64,000 nucleotides of DNA from contig OZ316775.1 in NCBI GenBank assembly GCA_973851085.1, positions 3,286,001 through 3,350,000 of the forward strand, written 5' to 3'. The notes under the pieces were generated by a model. That model did no database searches, had not been told where the DNA came from, and was given only the letters and a program-made list of their open reading frames with translations. The position numbers were made by a program, and so were the translations under genes. This document shows, in pieces, positions 23,701 to 37,500 of the stretch. The stretch is from Ptychomitrium polyphyllum (Eukaryota). Position 1 is the first letter of the stretch. Each line of letters opens with the position of its first letter.

Positions 23701-25494
23701 TCACAACACTGTCTTCTTCGATGTAGGTGCCCGCACCAAAACAGCTTCTCAGGGTTTAGAGTTTAAGGTTCATGAGTCTGCATTGGATATTGATTACTGT
23801 CGATGGATTCCTCTGTTTTGCAGGTTAACATGAAGGGTTTGGACGGAATTCAAGGACCAGTGTACGTGGGCACAGGATGCGTGTTCAGGAGACAAGCATT
23901 ATATGGTTTCGAGCCTCCGTCCATGAAGAAAGGGAAGTGGGGTTGCAGCAGCATCTGCCCTTCCTTTTGTTGCGCTCCACGTAAGAAGAGCAAGAAGAGC
24001 AAAGGCAAGTATTCGAAGAAGAAGCTCCCCTCAGGAGCCGACTCCAGCATTCCCATCTTCCGGCTTGAGGATGTTGAGGAGGGCATGGACGGTGGTCATA
24101 TGGACCTCGAGGAGAAGTCGTCGATTGTCTCCACAAAGGACTTCGAGAAGCGATTCGGGCAATCGCCTGTGTTCGTCGCTTCCACAATGCTTGACAGCGG
24201 GGGCGTGCATCACTCTGCCAGTGCTGGGTCGCTCCTCAAGGAAGCCATTCACGTCATTAGTTGCGGTTACGAAGACAAGACCGAGTGGGGTAAAGAGGTA
24301 AAGTGGATAACAAATTGCAATGTTTTCTTGAACGTTTGTATGCACATTTTGGGTCATGAATCCAGTTTGTATTGATTCGGTGGCCTACTCTGTTGAATCT
24401 TTGCCAGATTGGGTGGATCTATGGATCCGTAACAGAGGATATTTTGACGGGCTTCAAGATGCATTGTCGGGGATGGCGTTCGATCTACTGCATGCCACGC
24501 CGGCCAGCGTTCAAGGGCTCAGCGCCTATCAACTTGTCAGATCGTTTGAACCAAGTGCTTCGGTGGGCTCTTGGTTCGGTGGAGATTTCGCTCAGCAGGC
24601 ATTGCCCACTGTGGTATGGCTATGCCGGCAACCTGAAATGCTTGGAGAGATTGGCATACATCAACACTACAATCTATCCCTTGACATCCTTGCCTCTTGT
24701 CGCCTACTGTACCCTTCCGGCCATATGTCTGCTCACTGGAAAGTTTATCATCCCCACCGTAAGTTCCAATTATCTCAATCTCAGCTACTTGTAACCTGCA
24801 ATGTCCCGTTCTTGCAGAGCAACCGGGAGGCTCTCTCGTTCTTTGTTGACCAAGTATACGGTAAAAGGCTAAGGTTCCCTAATGGCTATCCTGCTTTTGT
24901 TCTGTGCAGATTAGCAACCTCGACAGTTTGTACTTCATTGCACTTTTCCTCTCCATTTTCATTACGGGTATTCTCGAAATTCGATGGTCCCGGATCGGGC
25001 TTGAGGAATGGTGGAGGAACGAGCAGTTTTGGGTCATTGGAGGGACCTCGGCGCATCTCTTTGCCCTCTTCCAAGGTCTGTTGAAGGTCCTCGCTGGTAT
25101 TGATACCAATTTCACCGTCACATCCAAACAAGCCGAAGACGAGGACTTCGGAGAGCTTTATTTGTTGAAGTGGACATCCCTTCTGGTTCCACCCACCGCA
25201 ATCATGATCTTTAACATGATTGGCGTGGTAGCCGGCATTTCAGACGCCATCAACAACGGTTACTCGTCCTGGGGCCCCCTGTTCGGCAAGCTCTTCTTTG
25301 CCTTCTGGGTGATCGTTCACTTGTACCCCTTCCTCAAAGGTCTCATGGGACGCCAGAACCGCACTCCCACCATCGTCATCGTGTGGTCTATCCTCTTGGC
25401 TTCCATCTTCTCGCTTTTGTGGGTGAGGATTGACCCATTCTTGGCGAAAGGCGACGGCCTGAACTTGGTTGAGTGCGGCCTCACCTGTCTGTAA
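20748..25494 (+). CDS. CESA: Cellulose synthase catalytic subunit (GT2 family), copy A; 9 exons, about 1088 aa
   Basis: Exons 20748-20828, 21363-21561, 21759-22058, 22170-22356, 22523-23135, 23246-23722, 23824-24297, 24408-24758, 24910-25494 (3267 nt, in frame). Motifs: [16 protein letters not shown] start, RING-type zinc finger CQICGD...CNEC...CPHC, SDDG, LDCD, VTED, QVLRW, NFTVTSK, and C-terminal TM region ending LLWVRIDPF. Confidence 0.97.
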
Positions 25495-28400
25495 TTCCGC
25501 TGGGAACCGTCTTCTCAATAATGGATTCTTTCAGCGTTACCCACTACTGTAGCATCTTGACGGCTGCCTGCCAGATTCTTCTTCATTAGCAGGCTCGTCC
25601 AATATTCTCTAGGGATGTTTAATGGGGCAGCCCATGTATGCCATAGCTGGGCAGAGCAAGCAAACAAGCCAAAGTTTGTAGACAATAAATTTACCTCAGG
25701 TTGAAATAGCACATATCAGAGAATGTGAAAGGAAGGAAAATTCGTTGCACCAGTAGGATTTGAAATATGTCAATGTTGCAACGTCATGTGACAAGGGCAG
25801 TCTTACATTTTTTCAGCTTAAGCTGGAGCTTGCGTCGTGTGTAGAAAGTATGAATGTAGCTCTAACACACTGGTAGTAGTCTCATCTCCTCATACATTGT
25901 TGATGCAACAGCGGTTGATCCATTGTTAGTCACACTTAAGAGTCATTGTACGTCACGCGTTGGCTTTTCGTGTACTTTTGTATTTTCTTGTAAACTGAAT
26001 AGCAGGTGTTGTATCTTCTGATCGACTAAAACCGTCAAGGCATTCGTTCTTCTAATTGAAGAACCAGTACCCTGTAAGTATTCGAGGAGGGACAGGTGCG
26101 TGTGGCCAAGGGTAGCTCTTGTGGGGTCAGATTGAAACCCAGTTGCACATGTTGCCAGCTGAGAAAATTCCCTACGTCACTCGTTAGTTTGATGATCCAT
26201 ACTGCTGACGCTGTGAACAGCAATCCGTAACACTTACAACGAGGTGCACAGTAGTATTCCTTTGGCCTCATGTACATGCCTCGAAAACCACATTGTTGAA
26301 AGTGGCGATCCTACCATTGCACACGGGAAGCTCATAGATTCCATATTCCTAGATTAAAACCCGTTGTACCAGTAAAAACTGTAATACAGATAATTTTTCT
26401 CCACAAAATCATCACATTTACATCACTCTCCCTGCTCCTTTCATCCAATGCAATACAGGTGATTCCCTCCACGTAGAGAGGAAGACACAGCTTTATTCTG
26501 CGCCCATCCCTCTGTGGGGGCCTACAAAACTGCTGACACGACGCTAGCTGGTGCTCGGCCCGAGCAAGTTTTACAGCTGCTCACAAACGTTGCGCGTTGC
26601 TTTTGAGTAGTCTGACAACTCTTCTAGTAGACGTCTCCAGTTTCTCTTTATACTTTTTAATTCTGGTTTCGACATTCTAGTGACAAGATGAATTCAGAAT
26701 CAACCTTACAGCTTCAACTGGAATGGGGAGTTCCACACACGCGCTTAAACTTCTCAACCTCATGCTGCAGTTCAGTATTTGCGAACGTACCATTTCACGA
26801 TTTCCTTGGCGCTGGAAAATGCATACTTCCAGCAATCGTGGGCCATCAAATTGTCGTCAGGGTCATGAATTCTCAAAAGCTCAGCGCCTGTGCGAAGGTC
26901 CAATTCTCTCCGCCGGAGCTTAACTTAAATTGCTTTTCACTTCATGGCAAACTACAGATTTATTTTTTGTCCAGGCTCAGAAAAACCTCTAGGGAAAGGC
27001 TGATGCCATGTCTTTCCTGAATCGCCTCATTTCTTGGCCTGGATCCAATCGCATACCCATTGCACGTGGGGATTGCAAGCCATTAGCTACGTCGGCGAGC
27101 CATTGTAAACTCTCAGATTCCTCGTGCGATAGTTTTTTTGGAGTTGATCTGTTAGCAGGAAGGTAGCGAGGATGGAGTGGAGTTGGGCAGAGCTGCAACC
27201 ATAATTATATAAAGTTAATGCACTGAAGCAATTCATTGTCCAAGATAGATCAAAATTAAGTAAGGTGTGAATTAGATTAAGAGGGAACGCAGGATCGACT
27301 CTATTGTATAAGTAGATTCTAAAACACAGCATTATTGCATTGTCATTTGACAAGGGTATAGTAGTTCAAATTTTACAACCTAGGCTGGAGCTAGAATTTA
27401 GCTTCGGCAGGTTTTTACTTGTATGGATCGTGCAATTGTAAGTCGAGCACTCTGGCTTATTGATAAACAGGATTTTTTTGGTTTGTGTTGACATCTTTCT
27501 GCAGAAATGTGCTACAGTTGGCCAGTTGTAGTCGAGTAAAACGTTTGGCCTGATGGTATCTTTGCTGGCCTATCTCCGAAAGCTCGTCTATTCCAAGCTG
27601 CGAGTTCAATCACAGTGAACGTTTCTTGATGTATATGGCAATTAATTGAGATATGAATCGGCGGTGGAGTTTGCGGCTCTAAACCTTCGTGACTGCAGAA
27701 TCATAACTATGTTAACCAAAATTGTAGGGCCCCAGTGCACATTCAAATCGAGGCTAGTGGGAAAAATTCTGTAGGATGGCATGTGTGTTTGGTGAGGAGG
27801 GTAGGGTGGCACATATAGGCAGGCGTAAGGTCAGCAGGAGCCATGGATGAGTTAATTGGAATGAGAGCTAGAGCGTAGTCGCGCCTACGAATACATACCA
27901 TTGCTGAATAGACGTCGATGTAAATCCTAAGTCCTAATTCCGTTTTGAAGCTGTAAGCATGAAAAATGTCCCATGTTAGTTGAGTACGTATTGAACTTTG
28001 ATATGTTGCCTCCCCCTATATTGCAGGTTGACATGAAGGTATTAACTCGAATTCAAGAACCAGCGTATAAAGTTGGCAAGGGAATCATGAATTGGACGCA
28101 GGTGGCAACCCTTTTATGAACAAAAAGAGATATAGTAGCCAGCTGCAACAGAAGCGACTACACCCTATCATTTGTTGCTATCCATGCAAGAGGAGCAATA
28201 AGGTTCTTGGTGAAACAATGCGGCCTCAACTTGGTGCAGTGCAGTCTCACCTGTCTGGTTCCATCACCTTCTTCTCATGTCTGGCTCCATCAACTTCTCC
28301 TGCATGTTGTCTTGCAGATATTTAATGGCTAGCTGCCTGCCGCAATTTTCTCAGCAGGCGGGTTCAAATTTTACTGATGGTAATGGAGTGTCCCACATTG

Positions 28401-30539
28401 AATGCCATAGCTGGTTAGAGCAAGCAAAACGTAAGTAGAGAACAATACTCCAAACGGACATACCATATTTCAATTGGCAGCGCAAGTTTAGATAGAATTG
28501 CATGTACAGAACGTGAATGAGTACTTCGAGAGTGAGATATCGTCAACTATTGTCCTTGGCTCCTGATCTTACAATGTGGATGCAACTCCAGCTAGAGGGG
28601 TTCATGAGTACATAAAACTATGCACGACAGCTATGATGAGGGGTGATCTTCATTGTAAGAGCACGGTTAGCTGTTGCTTCTATACACAAGTCTGAACATA
28701 TTTGCGTCACCAAAGAGTCCTGATGCTCAACTCGCAAATTGTGAAGTACCCCAGGTGCTATCGTGAATAATATCACGTCGTCAACATTTTATGTACCAGG
28801 TACCCTTTCGCTATTGTGCTGTACTCCTGATGAATGAGGCGTACTGTTTGTGTCTTTTGTGTATATCTTCCTTAGAAACTCATAGGAGGAACACGTTAGA
28901 ATATAATACAACAGCATTAAGCTGCAAGGAGCCCCAGTAGCCAGAAGAAAGGCTAGCAGGGGGGCAGAGGGAGGGATTGGGTGCACCCATGCCATACAAA
29001 GGACTTTCTGTATATCTTCAGGACTGTGCAACATCACTTGGACAGTACTGCTCACATACTGCATCTCTAAGCTTGCCTTTGAATGCTCTTCATAAGCTGC
29101 GAGTACGCGTTTTTTTAGCTGAATTTTGTTGCACTTTGAGGCTTGCAGCTCTGTTTCTTCTTCACCGACATGGTGACCAAATGCATAGGACCCGTGACTC
29201 ATTCAGGTTGAAGCCTGCAGCAATTCATAACGTTCGGTCCTTTTATACTGTTTTGTTGTGCTTCATTAAACAAAACTTGGGTATTTGCATTTTATAGCCC
29301 TCTCACATACATGAGACATATTGAACTGACGAGTAACTTTCAAATTTTCTTTGGGGTAAGCTTTATGTTTGCTTCCCTGCTGAACCTGTTAAAGACTGAA
29401 ATGCCTGTCAGAATTGAGATCAAATTTGAGTTTATTTTCACATTAATGTTCAGGAGCATTGACAAGAGTGTGACATTGAAGACAACGAATCAGAGTGAGG
29501 CCTCTATTCTGCTCTTGTTCAATGTAAAACACCATTTTAGAACAGGCTGTTGTAAAAGACAGATGGTGACAAGGACCTTGACGTTCATATCCGAGTAAAG
29601 CACCAAGATCTTGATGAGAACAAGAGCCCAGCTTATGGAGCTATTAGGTTGAAGGTGAGATTGTATTATAGCATCCTTACGAAGACTGTCTAACAACTAT
29701 GATGTGGCTGTAGCAACCAGTATTTGCGCGTCAGGTGCACCGGCTTTGGTCCTTTTATATATAATTTCTAAGAAAAAACAAATTACATATAGCACCGACT
29801 TGTTTTCAACATTCAGTTGGGGCCACCGTCTTGGTACAATATTGTACTTGTGCCTTTGTACAGCCACGAGTGTAGATGCAGTCTCCTGGTGCTTTAGTGG
29901 TCAATAATGTACCCTCCAGTTTATCTTCTTGTCTATCCACCCTCAGCGAACCTTCAAGTTGTCAGAGAAAATTGGCACCACATGCAATCACCTTCGATAA
30001 AGAAAAAACATAATATAAGAAAAAATGCAAAATCCTTCTCTCCAGTAATTATTAACTCGCTTCTGCAAAATGAGTTGTTTTCATGTTCAAGGTTTTACAT
30101 CTCCATGCAGAGATGTCACCATTTAAACTCACTTACAGACATGCTCTGCTAGAGTGGCTTGAAGCGTGGGACACCAGGGACCAGGGTCCAGCGGTCAGAG
30201 CTGAACTAATGCTGCAAGTGTTGGTTTTGACTGATTCTGCAATCACTGCAGAATTTAGAACAAAGTGGCACATCAGAATAATACCTCTGCATAGAGCAGT
30301 CAGACACTCACAAGCTTACATACAAATCATCCTCATCCTCAGGAGTCCCCATCCTTCTTACAAGTTTACTCTTCTTCCACATTTGTCGTCTTTCTGAAAT
30401 TAATTTCAGATAAATCACACAATATTATTGTTTCTCCAATCCCTGGAAGAGGTCAGGGTCTTGTAACAACATTTACAAAAAATACATGCAAGTTTGTTGA
30501 ACATTAGCCCTCTTGGAAGTTGTACCTGCATACCCCCAA

Positions 30540-30905
30540 ATAATGAGCTCTATACTCTTGAGAACTATGAATGATCATAGCTCTCATTGAAGCTCAATCA
30601 TATCACAAAGCTCATACAAGAAGGCCGCCTGATTGCGATTTTGCCTTGGGCAGGGTGCTGGTTGGTCAACATACAAGGCTAATGGAGGTTGCCAATGAGA
30701 CTTTCCACGGGACATGCAACAGGAGCCTCTTATGTGACTTCAGAGTTACTGCGGGCCACTTGGTTTGTGTTTGAAAGAATGATTGCTGTCCTTGTTTGAT
30801 TGTGTGGTTGTTTCTGGTACTACAGTATTGCAATAGACTCTCCAATCAGACAGCATTGAGCTGGGAGCATGGGATCTAATCTACTTGATAGGTCAAACAG
30901 AATTT
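30540..30905. promoter_or_regulatory. Distal conserved non-coding block upstream of CESA copy B (homologous to 9884-10270)
   Basis: Same colinear matches as listed for 9884-10270. Confidence 0.6.
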
Positions 30906-33759
30906 GGATTCAAGGTATATTTTATACATGAAGGCTGTGTAAGGCTTTTGTGTTGAGGGGAAAATCAGGTCTAGGTCCTATCTCATCTTAGAGACCTTGA
31001 ATCATATCATTGACGAGAAGAATACTAGTGTGCTCAGGCAGCAAGCAATGATGTCTTCCACCGGGGCATGTGTCAGTAACAAGTATCCACATTTTACACA
31101 CCTTGGCTTCACTCTGCCAACAAATTCATTGCTGGAAACTAATGCAATAACTTTTTTGTTTCAAAACCAACAGACTAAGAAAATACCTCAAAGGTGCCAG
31201 AATCTGCCAGGACTTTCCAAAGGCCTACCCAGGCTGGAGCATCCAATTTTTATAGTGGAACATGCTAAAGGACGCCCTTGAGAAGCTGTAGTGAGTCATA
31301 GCTGGCACAAAGTTACATCTGTATTCTGCAATGAGATGGACACAGATTAAGCTCTCCCCACACATACCAGTTACACAGGATATGTTGGCTATATTCAACA
31401 TTACTGCAAAACACACTTGCATCTCAGCCTGTTCGGTTCCAGTAAGTTGGGAACAGAGCTTGTTATTTGAAGGCCAGAATGAATTTGTGTATTTGCTATT
31501 TAAGTATCAGAAAGTTGCCATGCTTGTGAAAACACGTGGTGATGTGGACAAGTGGCTTGATGACCATCAGATTTAGCTCCCTGCAAATCTGAGACTCTGA
31601 GAGACTGAGACGGTTGTATTGTGTGATGATTTTATTTCTTCACAAATTGAATAATTTTGTAGGTAAAGAAGGAAAACAACAGTCAATATTAGCTTTGGCT
31701 TGGGAGTGTGGGGAATCTAAAGGCAAGAATATTATACCAACTAACAAGTCTATCCATGTTCTTTGTTTGAAGGTATTGGGTTGGATGAATTGGTTCTTAT
31801 CAATATTAATGAATAATAGTTTGAATCAAGTTTCAGTATATTTGGGGGAGTTTTGAAGTAAGTAAAATTCTTTAAGTACCTTTTCATTCTATATATTAAT
31901 GTTTTATATTTGCAAGGTGTTTAGAACAGCTCCAACTTTAAATATTCATCAAAAATTATAAAAATCTTATAAATTTAAATTTATTAAAAAGAAAACATGC
32001 ATTAGCATAGGGGTTGTTGGATTTTTCATTCTAACTCATTTGTATTGAAGTAGCAAAATAAATTCACAATATATATAGTTTTAATTTCATTTTGAAAGCT
32101 TTATAACCTCCTAATATTGATAACCTTCTAATATTGAATATTTTATTACAAATACAAGTTTGGTACCTATTATCATGTGGTGGTGATTCTTACTAATTAA
32201 AAAGTAGATAATTTTTTCATCTATGATGATTTATTTTTTTATAATAGTTTACAACTTTACAATTGTGGTAAAATTTAGATTTCTAAGTTTATTCATAATT
32301 TATATGAACTTTTCCTTTTAATTAACATGAATATTATAGTGATTTTTTTTCCCCATAAAAATCAATTAAACTGTTCTTATTTGAAGAATACATATATACA
32401 TAAATTCATCTTTTAGATGTGAGAAGTTGGATTTTAATCTTATTTACAATGATGAAATTGAGTAATTAATATATGTTTAAGCCTTCTTTAATCACTATGA
32501 AAAATTTGAAATAACAAATCTAAAGAAAAGATAGAAAATGAACCACAAGAGTTTTTATGAAGTAAGCATCCACACCTGCTGTACTTTAGATCCATGTCCA
32601 CAAAACATAAAGTTTAAATATAGAGATAATCTTACAACAAGAAGTATAGCCTTTATTAATTTATTTAAGTCTCACACCTAAGAAGGAAAAGGAAGAAAAA
32701 GAAAAAGACACAAAAGATTAAAGAAATTTTAGAGAAGTTGGGCAAAATATACATTTCCATTTACATGTAGGTAATAAGCGTGCATATGTGTTTATGGAGT
32801 ATGAAAGTACATTGTGCATGTCATACACATACACTATATGTCCACATGACAAACCATGTAAATAGTATCTATATCCAAAAAGTTAAAAGAAAAGAAATAC
32901 ATACTCTGAAATTCGTATGTAATATGCAGTAAAGTAAAAAGGACCTCTTGTCATAGAAGTCCGTAAAGCTCGCAAATACAAAGGAGATCAGAATGTCGGC
33001 CGGATAACAAGTGGTGTGTTTGAGTCTGAGGATCCCCAGATATTAAATAGAAAACACAGAAAATTTTATTAAAGGTGAGAATATAAACAGTATTACAGTT
33101 ATACATGTTCCATGAACACTGTCTTGCACTTATGTGAGTGTGCAGAGTTTGAACCATTCATGGTCAAGTTCTCTGCTGCAACCAATCCCCTTAATGAGAG
33201 TTACTCAGCGGTAGTTGTTGTCGTTCCTTCACATAAATGCATCACTGTAAAACTTCATTCTTCACTGCAACAATGGGTGGTATTGCCACAAGGAACTCCT
33301 CCCTTACAGACCTGCAATCAGTGGCATTGCCAGTAGTAGAAATATCATGGTCACATCAGACAATATTGCAAATTACAGCTTGCCCAAGCTGCCTTTTGTG
33401 TGTACAATCTTTCACTTTGTTTGAATGTTTTATATGCAGACAGCGAAGCAACAATTGTGACCACCCCCAATAATGACTCCATCCTTGGTGCAATCTTCTT
33501 ACCTCTATAATGAGTAGCCATATTTGCTGCAGAGACACTTGTACGATAGCTAGTAAGAAATGTTTTCCAATGAGGATGAAGTCATTACTGTCAGATTCAT
33601 GTACAATCGTCTTTCATTTTACTGTACACATTTTCACCAGCTGGAAAGGATCAAAAGAAGCAAAAGGAGGTTAAATTACCAGAGTGTGTATGTATGAGGT
33701 GTGTGATAAAGCATTGTGAATCAATACAGTACCTATCAGGTCATGTATCTGATGATGAC

Positions 33760-34150
33760 GGTGATGCAGCTGTGAATGCTGGTGGTGCAATGGAGTTTGT
33801 GGCAGAGATGAGTGAAGTGCAAGAGTCAAGTTAAGCTTAATGAAAACTGCAGCTAGCCTGGGTGGGGTGGGACGGAATGGGGAAAAGGGCAAAACAGGGG
33901 AATGGCTATGGCAGCAGCCTTGCATAATGGAGGACTAGGCCTCAAGCGCCCTTCTCTTTCGTGGCTACCTTAACTGAATGATTGGGGCTCTCCACCGGCC
34001 CACGCAGCTGGGGCCCGGACATCCACCACAATTTTACTAGACAAGTGCATCCCAAGCTCACCGCAAGAATATCATTGACAACCTGCAGCAGCATGCAAGC
34101 AGGACGCTCTCCTTCTACAACACAGAGGGAGAAGAATCTCCTGCAGCTAG
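33760..34150 (+). promoter_or_regulatory. Proximal promoter of CESA copy B; inverted CCAAT box and GGCCCAC (TCP/site II-like) element
   Basis: ctgaatgattggggctctccaccggcccacgcagctggggcccgga, colinear with 20111-20163. Confidence 0.6.
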
Positions 34151-34210
34151 CTGCACCTTTCTCATTGTTGATAGATCCCTCTCTTAGCTTTGAGTGTGCT
34201 AGTCATTGCC

Positions 34211-34252
34211 ATGGAGGGTGGTTCGGAGGGGGCTCCATGGTTGTGTGTTTGA
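34211..34252 (+). other. uORF1 of CESA copy B (MEGGSEGAPWLCV*)
   Basis: gccATGG context and 13 codons plus TGA, matching the copy A uORF1. Confidence 0.45.
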
Positions 34253-34460
34253 GTGTTTACGCAAGAATTCACAATTGCAGCATCAATAGGTACTTGGAGT
34301 TTTCGGGAATATCCTGAAGTGTGGAGCTTTGGGATCTGGGATAGGAGCAGGTTTTAACAGGAAGTAGCAAAGGTGGGAGTTTTCATTGACTGCAAAACAG
34401 GAGCTGGAGAGGGTGAGCCTGGTTCTGAATCTGGAGTGTACTAACTTCGTTGACTGAGCA

Positions 34461-34538
34461 ATGTGCATGGCGATTGATTTGAACCTGAACCGTCAACAAC
34501 GAGGCAACCGTGTGTGTGGTGAGGAGCTTAGGAATTAG
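34461..34538 (+). other. uORF2 of CESA copy B (MCMAIDLNLNRQQRGNRVCGEELRN*)
   Basis: Stop lies 56 nt before the CESA ATG. One codon longer than the copy A uORF2, with frame preserved. Confidence 0.5.
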
Positions 34539-34594
34539 AGCTCACGCAAGCGTGAGTGTACTGTGGAGCACGTGAGAGTGCTAGAGCTGCAGCA

Positions 34595-37500
34595 ATGGAG
34601 GCAAATTCAGGCCTTGTTGCAGGATCTCACAACCGGAATGAGTTGGTGGTCATTCCTGCAGACGGAATCCATGGGGTATGCGTGCAGATCTTTCATCCTC
34701 CTCCGTCCACTCATTTATCCTCCAAGTTCAGAGTTTGTTATCCCTTTTGTCGGGGTTGGCCGCTTGGTGACCACTTCTATGCCGCACAGTGCTGTAAGAA
34801 TAGCCTCCTGTTTTTCGCGTGGTGTTAAATTATAGAGAAATATATGGAGTAATGTGATTCTGCTTGTCATCGAAGTGTTAGACTACTATTAAGAAACTAA
34901 TGTAGGTCAAAGAGCTGGAAGTTTTCATGGAGTCAGTTCTGCAGAGAACTCTGAGTTTCGCGATGGCCACGCAAAGGTCTGTCCAGCTTGTTAGAAATCC
35001 AGTGTGTACCCCTGTTTTCTTCTGTGATAAATGTGTGCCTTCTCAAAGTCAGTGAGAATTTGGTGCATTAGATCTGACCTATCTTTGAGACTGGCCGTAG
35101 TCTTTAATGATGAATCATGAACCAGTGCACCCATTAAGCTGTACAAGCTATCAATAATCCACCTGTCAATCCAAGTATACAACGACGACTTTTGCGTACA
35201 CCTTTCATGTCTGTTGGTCCCTCCCACTAAAACCCAAGCCACTGTTCGGTCTTCATTTGTGCAGCCTGCAAAGCCGCTGAGCAATATGAACAGTCACATA
35301 TGCCAAATTTGCGGTGATGATGTGGGAGTGACTCCAGAAGGGGAGCTCTTTGCGGCCTGCCATGAATGTGGGTTTCCAGTGTGCCGCCCTTGCTATGAGT
35401 ACGAACGCAAGGATGGCACTCAGGCATGTCCTCAGTGCCGCACCCGTTACAACCGCCACAAAGGTATGAAATTATCAATTCAACTCTACAGCACTGTTCT
35501 CTTGCTCAACGTTTTGTCACTTCCTTTCTTGAAACAATTCTCACTCTTTCAAGTTCAAATCAATGCTTAATTAAATTGCAGCTGACTTACACATGACTTT
35601 GTGGCCGTTTGGTGATCAACGTGCAGGAAGTCCTCGAGTGAAAGGGGATGAAGAAGAGGATGACACGGATGACCTTGACAATGAATTTAACCACAATGAC
35701 TCAATCGACAAGCAAGACAAGGAGCAAGATGTGGATGAAATGCTGCATAGCCAGATGGCTTATGGTCGTGACACAGACGTTACAATGTCTTCTATGCAGC
35801 CTCCGTACCCCCTTCTTACGAATGGACGCTCGGTATGTTGGCCAGTTTCCATGGAGTCCAATAATTGAGGGTTGGAGGCCAATGAAAGCCACCTGAAACT
35901 GATTAATCTCTGTTATTACTGGATTAACAAACATGAATCAATAACAAACTGTTTTGCTTTTAATTTGTAACTCTTTTGACTTGAAAAGTGCAGTTGTGGT
36001 GGTCGTTTGCAATGAAAAGTGCTCACACCAATGTGCATGTACCTCAGGTGTCTGGTCAGATTGATTCAAATGCCACTTCACCTGACCACCATGCGATATT
36101 TCCTGTTGGTCCGGGAGGGAAAAGGATCCATCCTGTTGCCTACAGCGACGCCACTAGTGACATTGGCAGCCCAGGTGAGCCAATTGAATTATGTTGAAGC
36201 TTTTTGACTTATTTGAACAAAGTGCTCATGATTTTTCTTTCAATCTAAGTGCAAGCGGACTAAAATTATGCGTTAATTATCAATACAGCCAGATCACTGG
36301 ATCCGAGCAAGGAATTGGGATCATATGGCTATGGCAGCATTGCTTGGAAGGAAAGGGTGGAGAGCTGGAAGCTCAGGCAGGGGCAACCTGGGCAGGGGTC
36401 AAAGCTTCAGATGACAACAACTGAAGGAGGTCACCTTCAATCAAGTGGAAATGGTGATCATGACATGGGCCCAAATGGCCTAGATCTGCCCACGTAAGCT
36501 TTAGTTGGAAATTTGATTTGTGCACAAAGGTTGAATAACCAGCATTGACATGTGAGTTTGAGAGTGTAAGGGGTGAAGTAAAATACGAAGCATGTCATGT
36601 AATGTGGTGATACTGTCATTCTCTTTCGTCTACATAGGTTTAGTGTTTGTATAGTTATGGTCTAATTTTAGTTTGACCATCTCCAGAAGTTAGTATTAAC
36701 CAATTTCCCTAATTTGCTTTGAACAGAATGGACGAATCAAGACAGCCTTTGTCAAGAAAAGTGCCGTTTCCATCAAGCAAGATCAATCCATACAGAATGA
36801 TTATTGTGATTCGTCTTGTGGTAATTTGCCTCTTCTTTCGATACCGTATACTGAACCCAGTTAACGAAGCCTATGCTCTTTGGCTGGTATCAGTCATTTG
36901 CGAGATTTGGTTTGCTGTGTCGTGGATCCTCGATCAATTCCCCAAATGGCTCCCCATCAACCGTGAGACTTATCTTGATCGCCTTGCCCTCAGGTAATCA
37001 AGCTAAATTTGAATTCTCTCAGCAATCAAAAATGATCCTGATGTTGTCTGATTATGTAAACCTGATCATCGATGTCATTAAATACAAATTTGGTACTAAA
37101 AATTTGTTGTTTTATATTAACTGTATAGGTATGACAAAGAGGGCGAACCGTCTCAGTTAGCACACGTTGATATTTATGTGAGTACTGTGGATCCCATGAA
37201 AGAGCCACCTTTGGTCACTGCTAACACTATTCTCTCCATTCTGGCTGTCGACTACCCGGTGGACAAAGTTTCATGCTTCATCTCTGATGATGGTGCATCC
37301 ATGTTGACCTTCGAAGCCTTATCTGAAACCTCTGAGTTTGCACGAAAGTGGGTGCCTTTCTGTAAGAAATTCAATATTGAGCCCCGGGCACCAGAGGTTT
37401 ACTTTGCTCTCAAGATCGACTACTTGAAGGACAAAGTGCAGCCAACTTTTGTGAAGGAGCGGAGAGCCATGAAGGTTAGCAGCAGAATTGCTTCTTCTTT

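Noticed and set aside
25290..25420. Very high nucleotide identity between the CESA-A and CESA-B last exons as evidence of conversion
   Set aside because: The protein is invariant here and both genes favour C-ending codons, so identity can arise without conversion.
26000..30400. Possible gene or lncRNA between the two CESAs (137-aa ORF at 28789-29202; microexon-like ttgcag|GTTGACATGAAG|gtatta at about 28027)
   Set aside because: No consistent exon chain or recognisable protein could be built. Isolated splice-like motifs occur by chance.
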